This document shows positions 1 through 7,873 of a DNA stretch of 62,164 nt, piece by piece (position 1 is the first letter of the stretch; every line of letters starts with the position of its first letter). Both the position numbers and the translations under genes were made by a program. This stretch comes from a virus (taxonomy: Duplodnaviria > Caudoviricetes). The stretch spans positions 1 to 62,164 of IMG/VR virus record IMGVR_UViG_3300005662_000047, one strand, 5' to 3'. The notes under the pieces are model-generated. The model did not search any database, had not been told where the DNA came from, and was given only the letters and a program-made list of their open reading frames with translations.

Positions 1-1
1 T

Positions 2-106
2 CCTGAAGATTGGGGTGGCAAACCTCCTCACGAATTTATGGGAGCTTATCGTCTAGAAGGAGACATGTCGTGGACATCTATCAGTCAAGATGTCGTAAAG
101 GAATGA
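2..106 (+). CDS. 3' end of a gene truncated by the window edge (possibly DUF2452-like)
   Basis: Frame 2 reads [34 protein letters not shown] (TGA 104-106). The family guess is from the recalled PEEWG..F.G..RL..D.SW pattern. Confidence 0.45.
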   Translation, partial: PEDWGGKPPHEFMGAYRLEGDMSWTSISQDVVKE

Positions 107-148
107 GAATCCTTTTTTCTTGCTTCGATTAGAGTGTGAGATATTTAT

Positions 149-1498
149 GTGATAAATCACATGAAGAATGAGACGTTGCGGCTTTTAGCTCTTGATTCGT
201 TTGATATTATCAACGAATTTGATGACCTTTTAATTCCTTCGAAATGGAAGGGCAAACTGTCGAACGAAGATATTTTTCGTATTAATGAAAGATATAAGAA
301 ATTTTGCTATTTAGAACCTTTGCTAACTAAACCTGGTGTTTCTCGAAAAAAACTTTGGAATTCCTTTTTGTTTGAAGACGGTTCTCAAGTTCGTCAAAAA
401 TTAGCAGACGAACAAAAGACGTTTAAAACAATAGCTAATAGTTTCTTACAAGATAAAGGATTGCCATCCGACGAAAACGCAATATCTGCAATATCTGCAG
501 GACTATTGGTGCTATTACGTCAAAACGCCGTTATTTTCGACAGAAGCGCTTTTAGTGGTAAAATAGAAAAATATGAAGGAGACGTAAACGATCATCCTGC
601 GTTTTCTTTAGCACTAAAACGAATGCAACGACAAGACTTAGAATTTAAGAAATTCAAACAGCAAGTTTTAAGAAAGTCAAGTAGTTCTATTAGCACGCTG
701 GAAGACTTGTTAGAGGAATTAATGGAATTCTTGCAAGGCAAGAATGCTCTCGTTGGGGTTCAACAAGAAGATCCAGAAGAAGAAGCCGAAGACGAAGAAG
801 TCGAAGAAGGGTGCAGCGAAGACGAACTACGATCTAAACTGATGGCTGTCTTGTCTAAAGTCAAGTTTAAGACGTCGAAAGGGGCTAAACTAGCCGTTGA
901 AAAGATTGTCAACGGCCTAAAAGATAAGAGCCCGGGTTCAATTGAGGACCTTAAAAAAATCATTAAAGATCAATTTGATAAGCCCTTGAGAGCAACAACT
1001 ATAGACCTGTTCGCAAACGCAATTGTAGACTGTTACGATATGCAAGGTACTAATAAAACTGAGGATATAGTAGACGTCACGGCCGATGCTAGCGAAATAC
1101 CTACAAAAAACGTGCAGAAAAACTTAGAAACCAATCTTCGACTGATTGATTCTTACATCAGTCAAAAGCATCGCGCGGCGGGGGAGTCTACAAAGACCAT
1201 CATTAGAAAAGTTTTAAGAATTGTCGTAGATTTCTTACATACAAAACAAACTTTGTTAGAGTCTGCAACTGGTCAAATCGATAAAAAAGAGATTTTCAAT
1301 CTTCCCAACGACAAAGACGTGAAAAAACACAAGATTTTCTCTGACACAGTAAATTATGCCAAGACACAATCTAAAAATGATAATGAGCTGAAATCACTTA
1401 CCGATGATGCTATAACTGAGTTAGTGAGAGGTTTTTTCTTGTTCTTGGCACAAAACGAAAAATTGTCAGAAAGCCATTCGAAAAAATACAGCTTCTAA
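149..1498 (+). CDS. hypothetical protein, 449 aa, helical with an acidic tract (start may be ATG 161)
   Basis: Long ORF with EEEAEDEEVEE tract; ATATTTAT immediately upstream. Confidence 0.8.
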   Translation: MINHMKNETLRLLALDSFDIINEFDDLLIPSKWKGKLSNEDIFRINERYKKFCYLEPLLTKPGVSRKKLWNSFLFEDGSQVRQKLADEQKTFKTIANSFLQDKGLPSDENAISAISAGLLVLLRQNAVIFDRSAFSGKIEKYEGDVNDHPAFSLALKRMQRQDLEFKKFKQQVLRKSSSSISTLEDLLEELMEFLQGKNALVGVQQEDPEEEAEDEEVEEGCSEDELRSKLMAVLSKVKFKTSKGAKLAVEKIVNGLKDKSPGSIEDLKKIIKDQFDKPLRATTIDLFANAIVDCYDMQGTNKTEDIVDVTADASEIPTKNVQKNLETNLRLIDSYISQKHRAAGESTKTIIRKVLRIVVDFLHTKQTLLESATGQIDKKEIFNLPNDKDVKKHKIFSDTVNYAKTQSKNDNELKSLTDDAITELVRGFFLFLAQNEKLSESHSKKYSF

Positions 1499-1581
1499 TT
1501 TAAACAACTTTCATCTCATGCATTATAGTTATCTCACGGTTGTATCACAATTGAATACAACTTTCATAGGAGACAATTGAG

Positions 1582-1791
1582 ATGATTAATAGAATTATGT
1601 TCGTTGCTACGTGCTGTTTGGTGGGTTGCGCTGCTAGCGATGCCCCTCCTCCGGCTGCTTCTTCGGCCGTCGTCGCTCCAGAGGCACCCGTCGCTTCTGC
1701 AGAGCCGACTGCATCAGCAGTCGTTGAGGCACCTGCGGTATCGGCCTCAGCGGCGGCTGTTGCACCAAGCGCAGTTCCTGCAGCGAAGTGA
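1582..1791 (+). CDS. small Ala/Pro/Ser-rich lipoprotein
   Basis: AGGAG RBS upstream; signal peptide ending in lipobox LVGC; low-complexity APPPAASSAVVAPEAP tail. Confidence 0.7.
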   Translation: MINRIMFVATCCLVGCAASDAPPPAASSAVVAPEAPVASAEPTASAVVEAPAVSASAAAVAPSAVPAAK

Positions 1792-1794
1792 TAG

Positions 1795-1821
1795 AAAAAG
1801 GGTCGGTCTAACCGCCGACCC
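1795..1821. terminator. GC-rich hairpin between lipoprotein gene and tRNA (minus-strand terminator or processing stem)
   Basis: AAAAA-GGGTCGG-tctaaccg-CCGACCC; the U-tract is only on the minus strand. Confidence 0.4.
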
Positions 1822-1825
1822 TCAT

Positions 1826-1900
1826 GGTCCCATCGTCTAGAGGTTAGGACAGCGCCCTTTCAAGGCGCTTGCAGGGGTTCAATTCCCCTTGGGATCGCCA
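1826..1900 (+). tRNA. tRNA-Glu (anticodon UUC)
   Basis: Acceptor stem GGTCCCA/TGGGATC, anticodon arm GCGCC-CTTTCAA-GGCGC, T arm AGGGG-TTCAATT-CCCCT, encoded 3' CCA. Confidence 0.96.
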
Positions 1901-1966
1901 GGTTAGCATTAGGATAAATCTTAGAAAATATCCTGTTATTCATATCAAGTATTTTTAGAATAAATC

Positions 1967-2164
1967 ATGCAAGGCCCACCGGATGTCGGAGAACGTATAA
2001 TCGTTCATGGCATGACCCAATATGAAGCGATTGTTTCTTCGATCTCTTGGGACTCGAATGTATTCGATTGGATCATCGAACTAGATTGGAAGGAGTTCGG
2101 TACGTCTCGAGTCAAATTGCATGATGAACACAGAGTGTGGTATCGATACCAGTCTTCCAACTAA
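1967..2164 (+). CDS. small hypothetical protein (65 aa, beta-rich)
   Basis: ORF between tRNA and terminator, protein-like composition. Confidence 0.6.
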   Translation: MQGPPDVGERIIVHGMTQYEAIVSSISWDSNVFDWIIELDWKEFGTSRVKLHDEHRVWYRYQSSN

Positions 2165-2174
2165 CGAAAACAAA

Positions 2175-2200
2175 AATGGCTTCTCGATCGAGAAGCCATT
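2175..2200. terminator. bidirectional intrinsic terminator
   Basis: Perfect 26-bp palindrome AATGGCTTCTCGATCGAGAAGCCATT flanked by A- and T-rich runs between convergent genes. Confidence 0.85.
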
Positions 2201-2225
2201 CTTATTTGTAGGCTATGAATTTCCG

Positions 2226-2675
2226 TCAGGTACCGCTGAGTGTGCAAGACCCGCTGGCAGCCATGACAAGAAATGATAGGCCGTCGCTGACGAGGGCAAC
2301 TGACTTACCTGCAGTTCCTTCGAGGGTCAACTTGCTGCCTTGGTTGGCTGGTGTAGCTCCGGCCATTCCAGCAAAGACCTTGGTACCGCTTGCTTCGGCT
2401 GAACCTGTGAGATAGTGAGCATCTAGAGACAAGTTACGGAAAACGAACGTCGCACCGGGGCATGCCGCCGCGAGGGGCATGACGACCTCGGCGACAGCCG
2501 AACCCGTAATCGTGAAGACTCCGCCTCCAGATACAGATAGAGGACCTGCCGAGCTCGACACGAGGGCCGAAACTGCAGCGACAGGTGCAGAAACGAAAGT
2601 AGTTGGTGATGTGATTGTTAGACCGTTGCCTTTTTCGACGACAACGCCCTTGTCATTGATTGTGACTTTTGCCAT
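2226..2675 (-). CDS. putative abundant virion protein (decoration/fibre-like)
   Basis: Ala/Gly/Ser/Thr-rich beta protein, AAGGAG RBS, GC-rich codon usage like the major capsid gene, own terminator. Confidence 0.6.
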   Translation of the reverse strand: MAKVTINDKGVVVEKGNGLTITSPTTFVSAPVAAVSALVSSSAGPLSVSGGGVFTITGSAVAEVVMPLAAACPGATFVFRNLSLDAHYLTGSAEASGTKVFAGMAGATPANQGSKLTLEGTAGKSVALVSDGLSFLVMAASGSCTLSGT

Positions 2676-2766
2676 GGCTGATGACTCCTTGAATATTCGA
2701 AACGAGAAGTTTCGACGAATTAAATATATCGTAAAGTATTCTATTTAGAATTTTCGATTTATAATT

Positions 2767-3939
2767 ATGAGTCGAACAATGACTTCCAACATCTTTCGTT
2801 TATTAACTGAAAACGTGAATGATCCTACGCTCGAGTGGTTAGACCAACTATACCGAGAAGCCACTGACATACAGACTTCTCGAGGCCTACCGGATGAGGC
2901 CAAATTCGATTACATCAAGATGCAGTTGAATTCTCCCACGGCTGCTCAAGGATCTTCTCGGATGGTCATGAAGTTCAATGATCAATACGTCATCAAGGTG
3001 GCAACCAACGCGGCTGGATTCGCTCAAAACGGAATAGAGGCCACTGTTGGCAGCGACCCGGCGGTAGAAGAGCTCGTCGTTCCCGTCGTGGGGTGGAGTG
3101 ACGTGACCGACTACGAAGGCTTCTTCTGGATTCTATCTGGGAAGGCCACTCCCCTGAGTGATCGTTCGGTCGGAAAAGATTGGGCTACCTTTGCCCAATA
3201 TTTGAAGAAGGCCGCCATGACTGACGATCCCATCGCACCTGTCTATTCAGGGGACACCAAGGTGGACCTTCCTCCTGCCGCCGCAGACAAGAGGAAAAGG
3301 GAGATAGAACCGTTGAGGGCTTCGAGGGTCAAAGAGCCTTCCGAGATCTACAGGTATGCGTCTCCTCAGTTTTTCGACGCATTCAGACAGTTTCTAAAGA
3401 GATACGGAGGGTCGCGCACTGCCGATCTATTCAAACCAGACTCATGGGGAATAGCAGGCAACCAATTGAAGCTGATAGACTATGGATATACAAAGAGGAT
3501 ATCTGACGACTACTATACGTCTGGTTACTTTGCTGGGTCCAAACAAGCAAGAGAGAAGTCGTTAGAAAGGACAGTCCAACGCTCGAAGAACGTCGGCGAC
3601 ACTTTGGCAGGTAACATTGACACGATCACCAACGTAAAATCTCCTCCCAAGTATGTCTCCCTGCTGCTGTTGTTGAAGGGAATCATATTGGGATTACCGG
3701 AAAAAATAGAGAACTTCAATCTAGGTGATTCTTTGAAATCCTTGACTCCTGCAGAAAAGGCAGGAGCTGTCATAGCCATTAGGAACAATGAGAAGCGAGT
3801 CGATTCAGTAATACGACAAGTGTCAGACCCTACGCTTCGAAAGAAGATAGAAGACGAACTAGAAGAACTAATGTTGTCACAAGGTTCTTTAAACGTCGAC
3901 GAGGCGCTAGTTAGACGCCTCGTCAGTAGGATGTTATAA
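2767..3939 (+). CDS. protein kinase-like fold protein
   Basis: QGSSRMV (Gly loop), VIKVA (beta3 Lys), QNGIE (alphaC Glu), DLFKPDSWG (catalytic loop), LIDYG (DFG equivalent). Confidence 0.75.
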   Translation: MSRTMTSNIFRLLTENVNDPTLEWLDQLYREATDIQTSRGLPDEAKFDYIKMQLNSPTAAQGSSRMVMKFNDQYVIKVATNAAGFAQNGIEATVGSDPAVEELVVPVVGWSDVTDYEGFFWILSGKATPLSDRSVGKDWATFAQYLKKAAMTDDPIAPVYSGDTKVDLPPAAADKRKREIEPLRASRVKEPSEIYRYASPQFFDAFRQFLKRYGGSRTADLFKPDSWGIAGNQLKLIDYGYTKRISDDYYTSGYFAGSKQAREKSLERTVQRSKNVGDTLAGNIDTITNVKSPPKYVSLLLLLKGIILGLPEKIENFNLGDSLKSLTPAEKAGAVIAIRNNEKRVDSVIRQVSDPTLRKKIEDELEELMLSQGSLNVDEALVRRLVSRML

Positions 3940-3948
3940 GTAGCTTAT

Positions 3949-4230
3949 TTACTTCCCGGCGATTTGCTTCAATACCATTCTGAGAGCCTGTTGCACGACT
4001 GGAGTTTTTTCCTTCAGCGGTGTAGCATCAACAGTCTGCTTGATGAGAGCTGCCAAACCTGCAGCATCCATTACTTTACTGGCTGCTGTTTCATATCCTG
4101 ATAGAGATGTCGCTTCTCCTGCCTTAGCCGCTAGCTTCTGGCCTGCTGACATGGGAGCCGTTGATTCTTCTGCTAGCTTACCTATCTCTTCGCTTATGAT
4201 TGTTCTCAGCTGTCTCTCTGTGATCTTCAT
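3949..4230 (-). CDS. small putative internal head protein
   Basis: N-terminus MKITERQLRTIISEEI..LAEE, typical of T4-like jumbo phage head-associated proteins; GGAAGG RBS. Confidence 0.65.
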   Translation of the reverse strand: MKITERQLRTIISEEIGKLAEESTAPMSAGQKLAAKAGEATSLSGYETAASKVMDAAGLAALIKQTVDATPLKEKTPVVQQALRMVLKQIAGK

Positions 4231-4303
4231 GTGAACCTTCCATTCAGTTACTCGTAATATGTATAATTCTCGATTAATATATGAATTGTCACTCTACTAA
4301 AAT

Positions 4304-5161
4304 TCAAGGTTCCCATGCTTTTTTGTCACGCAGCTTTGCCGAGGCGGCGTCGAAAAAGACTATCTCGCCTTCAGGACCTATCCTACGAATTCCCATGTTG
4401 TCGGGTTTGAAATCGACCATTCCGAGACGGTAATGAACCAAGAGTCCAGAGAGGAAACGCTCCAACCAATCTGGTCGCAATCTATATCTCTCTTCCACTG
4501 CTTTCATTTCCTGAATGGGGAAACCGGGAGAACTCAGTAATGCCTCCGCTAGCTCTTCGGGATTCCTCTCTGAGAATCTTTTGACATTGGAAGGAGGCAA
4601 TACGTCTCCTTTTTTCTTCGCATTTTTTATCGTGGTCTTGTAAGCCTTGACCTCGGAAGCGACTATCTCTTTTATTCCTTCGTTGATCGCTTTCCACACG
4701 ATCCTCCATTCAGGGTCGTCAGCTAAAGTTCCTGCGTCCTGTAGCTTCTCGATGATTGACCATCCGATCGGTCCGATAGAGCTATTCAACACACCTGCAT
4801 CGAGGACTTTGGGTAAGCCTCCTCCCATCTCGGCACCTGTGTACAGAGCCGTCTCTATTTCTTGCGCCCGGGGAGGACCTTTTTCTAACTTCAGGACTAG
4901 TTCAGGGCCTAAAGAAAATGCGCTGCCCTGGCGACCTGATCCTAGGTACTTCATCTGTCCATGCGACAAGATGGTCGACCAAGAATCTGCGTTGTCTGGG
5001 TCAGACGCAAAGCTTTCGACGTCTAGGCCCGAACGTCGAAATACGATGGACTTCCTCACTTCGTCTCGAATGGTCCCCGCCTGTAATTCGGACAGTTCCT
5101 CAAACGATTCGAGTGATTCTAATATGACTGACTTGATGAATTTCTTGAGTAAGAATGACAC
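4304..5161 (-). CDS. Ser/Thr protein kinase-like protein
   Basis: YLGSGRQGSAF Gly loop, VLKLE, DFKPDN catalytic loop (DxKxxN), FFD. Confidence 0.8.
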   Translation of the reverse strand: MSFLLKKFIKSVILESLESFEELSELQAGTIRDEVRKSIVFRRSGLDVESFASDPDNADSWSTILSHGQMKYLGSGRQGSAFSLGPELVLKLEKGPPRAQEIETALYTGAEMGGGLPKVLDAGVLNSSIGPIGWSIIEKLQDAGTLADDPEWRIVWKAINEGIKEIVASEVKAYKTTIKNAKKKGDVLPPSNVKRFSERNPEELAEALLSSPGFPIQEMKAVEERYRLRPDWLERFLSGLLVHYRLGMVDFKPDNMGIRRIGPEGEIVFFDAASAKLRDKKAWEP

Positions 5162-5173
5162 ATCACATAACTA

Positions 5174-5845
5174 TTACGTGGTCTCCGTGATGAAGGACCT
5201 GATGTATCTTCGTAGTGTACTTTCCGTCGTCAATTCTCCTCGGGCTATCAATTTCAGCTGTCTAATTGCGTCTGGGGAACTGATGAACAGAATTGAAGTT
5301 CCTCCCGCTTTCTCGAAAGGAATCGTATTCTTCCTGTTGTCGTCAACGAGGACCGCAGTTGGCGACGCATAGTTCTGCTTGTGCTTGTCGAAGATCCTCT
5401 CGCTGAAGACTCCTGGGAAGTTCCTGTCCAACCACTCGTTCTTCTCATCGACGCATTGCTGTCGGATCTCAGGCATGCTCTTGGGATCGACGGGAGCGGA
5501 TAGTATGCTGACTCTGCCGAACAGTTTCACTGCTTCGTTGACCATCCGACGTGCTCCGGGCATGAGTGACAGACCGGCGAAGAAACCTGGGTTCATCGTT
5601 GCTGAACTCTTCGTGTGGTTCATCTCCGACCGCGCCTCCTTGTAGGCCGCCAACGCAGGGTCTGAATCTGCAGTCGCTAATGCCTTCGCAAATGCGGTAG
5701 GAGACATCTTCTTATATTGAATGGGCAACACCTGTAACATTTTATCGTGTTTTTCTTGGGCCATCGTAGAGGCCTCATCTGATGCCACACCACCATCATA
5801 GTCGGCGAGCACGCCGTCCATGTCGAAATAAATGATTCTGTTCAT
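5174..5845 (-). CDS. HAD-family 5'(3')-deoxyribonucleotidase (NT5C-like)
   Basis: FDMDGVLAD motif I, ILSAP, K..WL, LVDD motif IV. Confidence 0.85.
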   Translation of the reverse strand: MNRIIYFDMDGVLADYDGGVASDEASTMAQEKHDKMLQVLPIQYKKMSPTAFAKALATADSDPALAAYKEARSEMNHTKSSATMNPGFFAGLSLMPGARRMVNEAVKLFGRVSILSAPVDPKSMPEIRQQCVDEKNEWLDRNFPGVFSERIFDKHKQNYASPTAVLVDDNRKNTIPFEKAGGTSILFISSPDAIRQLKLIARGELTTESTLRRYIRSFITETT

Positions 5846-5881
5846 GCTATCGGTATATAGGTATCACGCTTTAAATGAAAT

Positions 5882-5911
5882 TTGCAAAGGCCGCAAAAGC
5901 GGCCTTTGCAA
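5882..5911 (-). terminator. intrinsic terminator after major capsid gene
   Basis: TTGCAAAGGCCGC-AAAA-GCGGCCTTTGCAA hairpin, T-rich tail on the minus strand. Confidence 0.85.
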
Positions 5912-5943
5912 GTCTTCAGTCTATGAATTCAACTGATATTCAA

Positions 5944-7821
5944 TCAGATGATGTTCATGTCAAGCACCGTGACGGTTCCGTAGAAGTCCGAGCGGACCAT
6001 CTTCTTACCGTAGCGGGTCATCACGCCCTTACGGGGTGTGAAGTCCTCAGGTGCGAAGATTGTTGGTGTCACGATGAGTGGAACGTATGGTGCGTATACG
6101 TAGCCGGTCTCGAGGTAGCTGCCACCCTTGTAGCCGACGAGGATCTTGTTACGAACGAAGTAAGGATCCTTGTAGACCGTGAAGCGGTTGCTGATCGTTC
6201 CGATTGCCTCTGCACCGATGGTGAAAGGCGATCCGACCTGACCCTCACCGTCGATCGAGTACTTGGGCTTGTAGAGGACCGAGCTCTCGAGGATGGTGGC
6301 GACGTCGGGGCTTGTGACCATGAAGTTGGCCGAGCCGCGGAGTGTCTTGCGGTGGATTGTGTTGGCAACGTCGATGACTGTCTCGACGAGTGTCTCGTAC
6401 CACTCGCGGACCGTACCGGTGAACTGTGGCCCGATCGAGAGGCTCGAGGCGAGCGTGACAGGTGAACCGGATGTCTTGTTGACGAAGCGGCCGGGGGCGC
6501 GTGACCAGTAGTAGTTGGCGCCGTTGGCCTGTGTGACGAGGTCGTTGAGGATCTCGCGGTCGATCTCGAGGGCGATCTGCTCCGAGAGGATCGAGGTCAG
6601 CTCAACCTCAGCGTCCATGCTGTGGTAGGCGTTGAGGTCCTGTGCGAGCTCGGGTGACCAGCGAGCGCGGAGCTTGCGGGTCGTTGCCGTGATTGCAATC
6701 GACTCGATCTTGATGTCGATCTCGGGGATTGCAGGCTGTGGGCTCGTGCCGAAGTCAGACTCGAACGATGGAACCGTGAGAGTTGCGCCGCTGCTGCCGT
6801 CGACCGTTAGACCGGCCTTGAGAGCGAATGAGAAGCGACCCGTCGAGGCTCCTGGGAGGGCGAGGTTTGCACCGTTTGCTCCCTTGACTGCCAACTGCAC
6901 GTGTGTGCCGTTGAGTGCGTCAGGAGTGAAGGTCACACCGTTCCAGTTACCACGCTTGTTGAGACGACGGAGGTTGAGGACTCCCGTGCCGCCTTGGAAT
7001 GTCTCGCCCCATGCTGAGCCGGCCGTGAGAGGTCCGAAGAAGGCGATGCTGTCGACTGCCAAGAGGTCGGCTGCTGCGTTTGCTGTCGTGAAGACCGAGG
7101 CCGAGACGTACATGAACGAGACGTCGCCGGCGTTCGAGGCAACGAAGTTTTCCAACTGAGGATCGAAGTCTAGGAAGCGAGCGTTCGAACCGCTGAAGTC
7201 AGTGTCTGCCTTGACTTCGTAACCGACGCTGAACGTGTCTGCATTCTCTCCTGCATAGGCACCGAGGGCGACCTCAGCAGTCGTGAGGGCTGCCGTTGTC
7301 GTCGAGCCGGTGACCTTAGAGTAGCTCGTTCCAACTAGGTCATACATACCACCTGCAGCGAGCGAGCCGCTCTGGACTCCCTTACCTGTGGGGTTGTTAT
7401 AGATGGACTGTCCACGTGTGAAGGTCGACTCACCTGCTTGGGGTGTTCCGACATTCGTGCCGTAGGTGTAGTCCAAGTAGAAGATGAGTCCTGAGGGGAG
7501 GCTCATCGGCTGGATCGAAACGAGCTCGTTCGAGACGAGGCCGCCGAAGACTCTACGGACGATCGGGAATGCGATGTTCGTGAATCCCTGGATCTGGCCG
7601 CTCGAGGAGACGTTGCCGCCACCTGTTGAGAGGCTGTTGCTCTCCTTGAGGACCTGTGCTGCCTGGTTCTCGAGGAGTTGTGACATGACCTCGCGACGGT
7701 TGCCGTCGAGACCGCGGAGAAGGCCTGTGCGGCTCCACTTCTCCGTCAAACGGGCACGCTCGGCGCCGACGTGGCGCTCTCTGATGCCCTGTGCAAGCTG
7801 ATCAATAGTAAATGACTTCAT
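5944..7821 (-). CDS. gp23: major capsid protein, T4 gp23-like
   Basis: LLENQ, FPIVRR, VSIQPMSLPSGLIFYL, RKLRARWSPELAQDLNAYH, EIDREIL, YAPYVPL, DFTPRKGVMTRYG motifs; AAGGAG RBS. Confidence 0.97.
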   Translation of the reverse strand: MKSFTIDQLAQGIRERHVGAERARLTEKWSRTGLLRGLDGNRREVMSQLLENQAAQVLKESNSLSTGGGNVSSSGQIQGFTNIAFPIVRRVFGGLVSNELVSIQPMSLPSGLIFYLDYTYGTNVGTPQAGESTFTRGQSIYNNPTGKGVQSGSLAAGGMYDLVGTSYSKVTGSTTTAALTTAEVALGAYAGENADTFSVGYEVKADTDFSGSNARFLDFDPQLENFVASNAGDVSFMYVSASVFTTANAAADLLAVDSIAFFGPLTAGSAWGETFQGGTGVLNLRRLNKRGNWNGVTFTPDALNGTHVQLAVKGANGANLALPGASTGRFSFALKAGLTVDGSSGATLTVPSFESDFGTSPQPAIPEIDIKIESIAITATTRKLRARWSPELAQDLNAYHSMDAEVELTSILSEQIALEIDREILNDLVTQANGANYYWSRAPGRFVNKTSGSPVTLASSLSIGPQFTGTVREWYETLVETVIDVANTIHRKTLRGSANFMVTSPDVATILESSVLYKPKYSIDGEGQVGSPFTIGAEAIGTISNRFTVYKDPYFVRNKILVGYKGGSYLETGYVYAPYVPLIVTPTIFAPEDFTPRKGVMTRYGKKMVRSDFYGTVTVLDMNII

Positions 7822-7873
7822 TCTAAATTCTCCTTATACAAATTGGTTTTATTTTCTACGAATTAACTCGAGG

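Noticed and set aside
1604-1840. 78-aa alternative-frame ORF
   Set aside because: Overlaps the lipoprotein gene (which has the RBS) and runs into the tRNA
4647-5645. Plus-strand ORFs of 241 and 88 aa
   Set aside because: Antisense to kinase and nucleotidase genes with clear catalytic motifs
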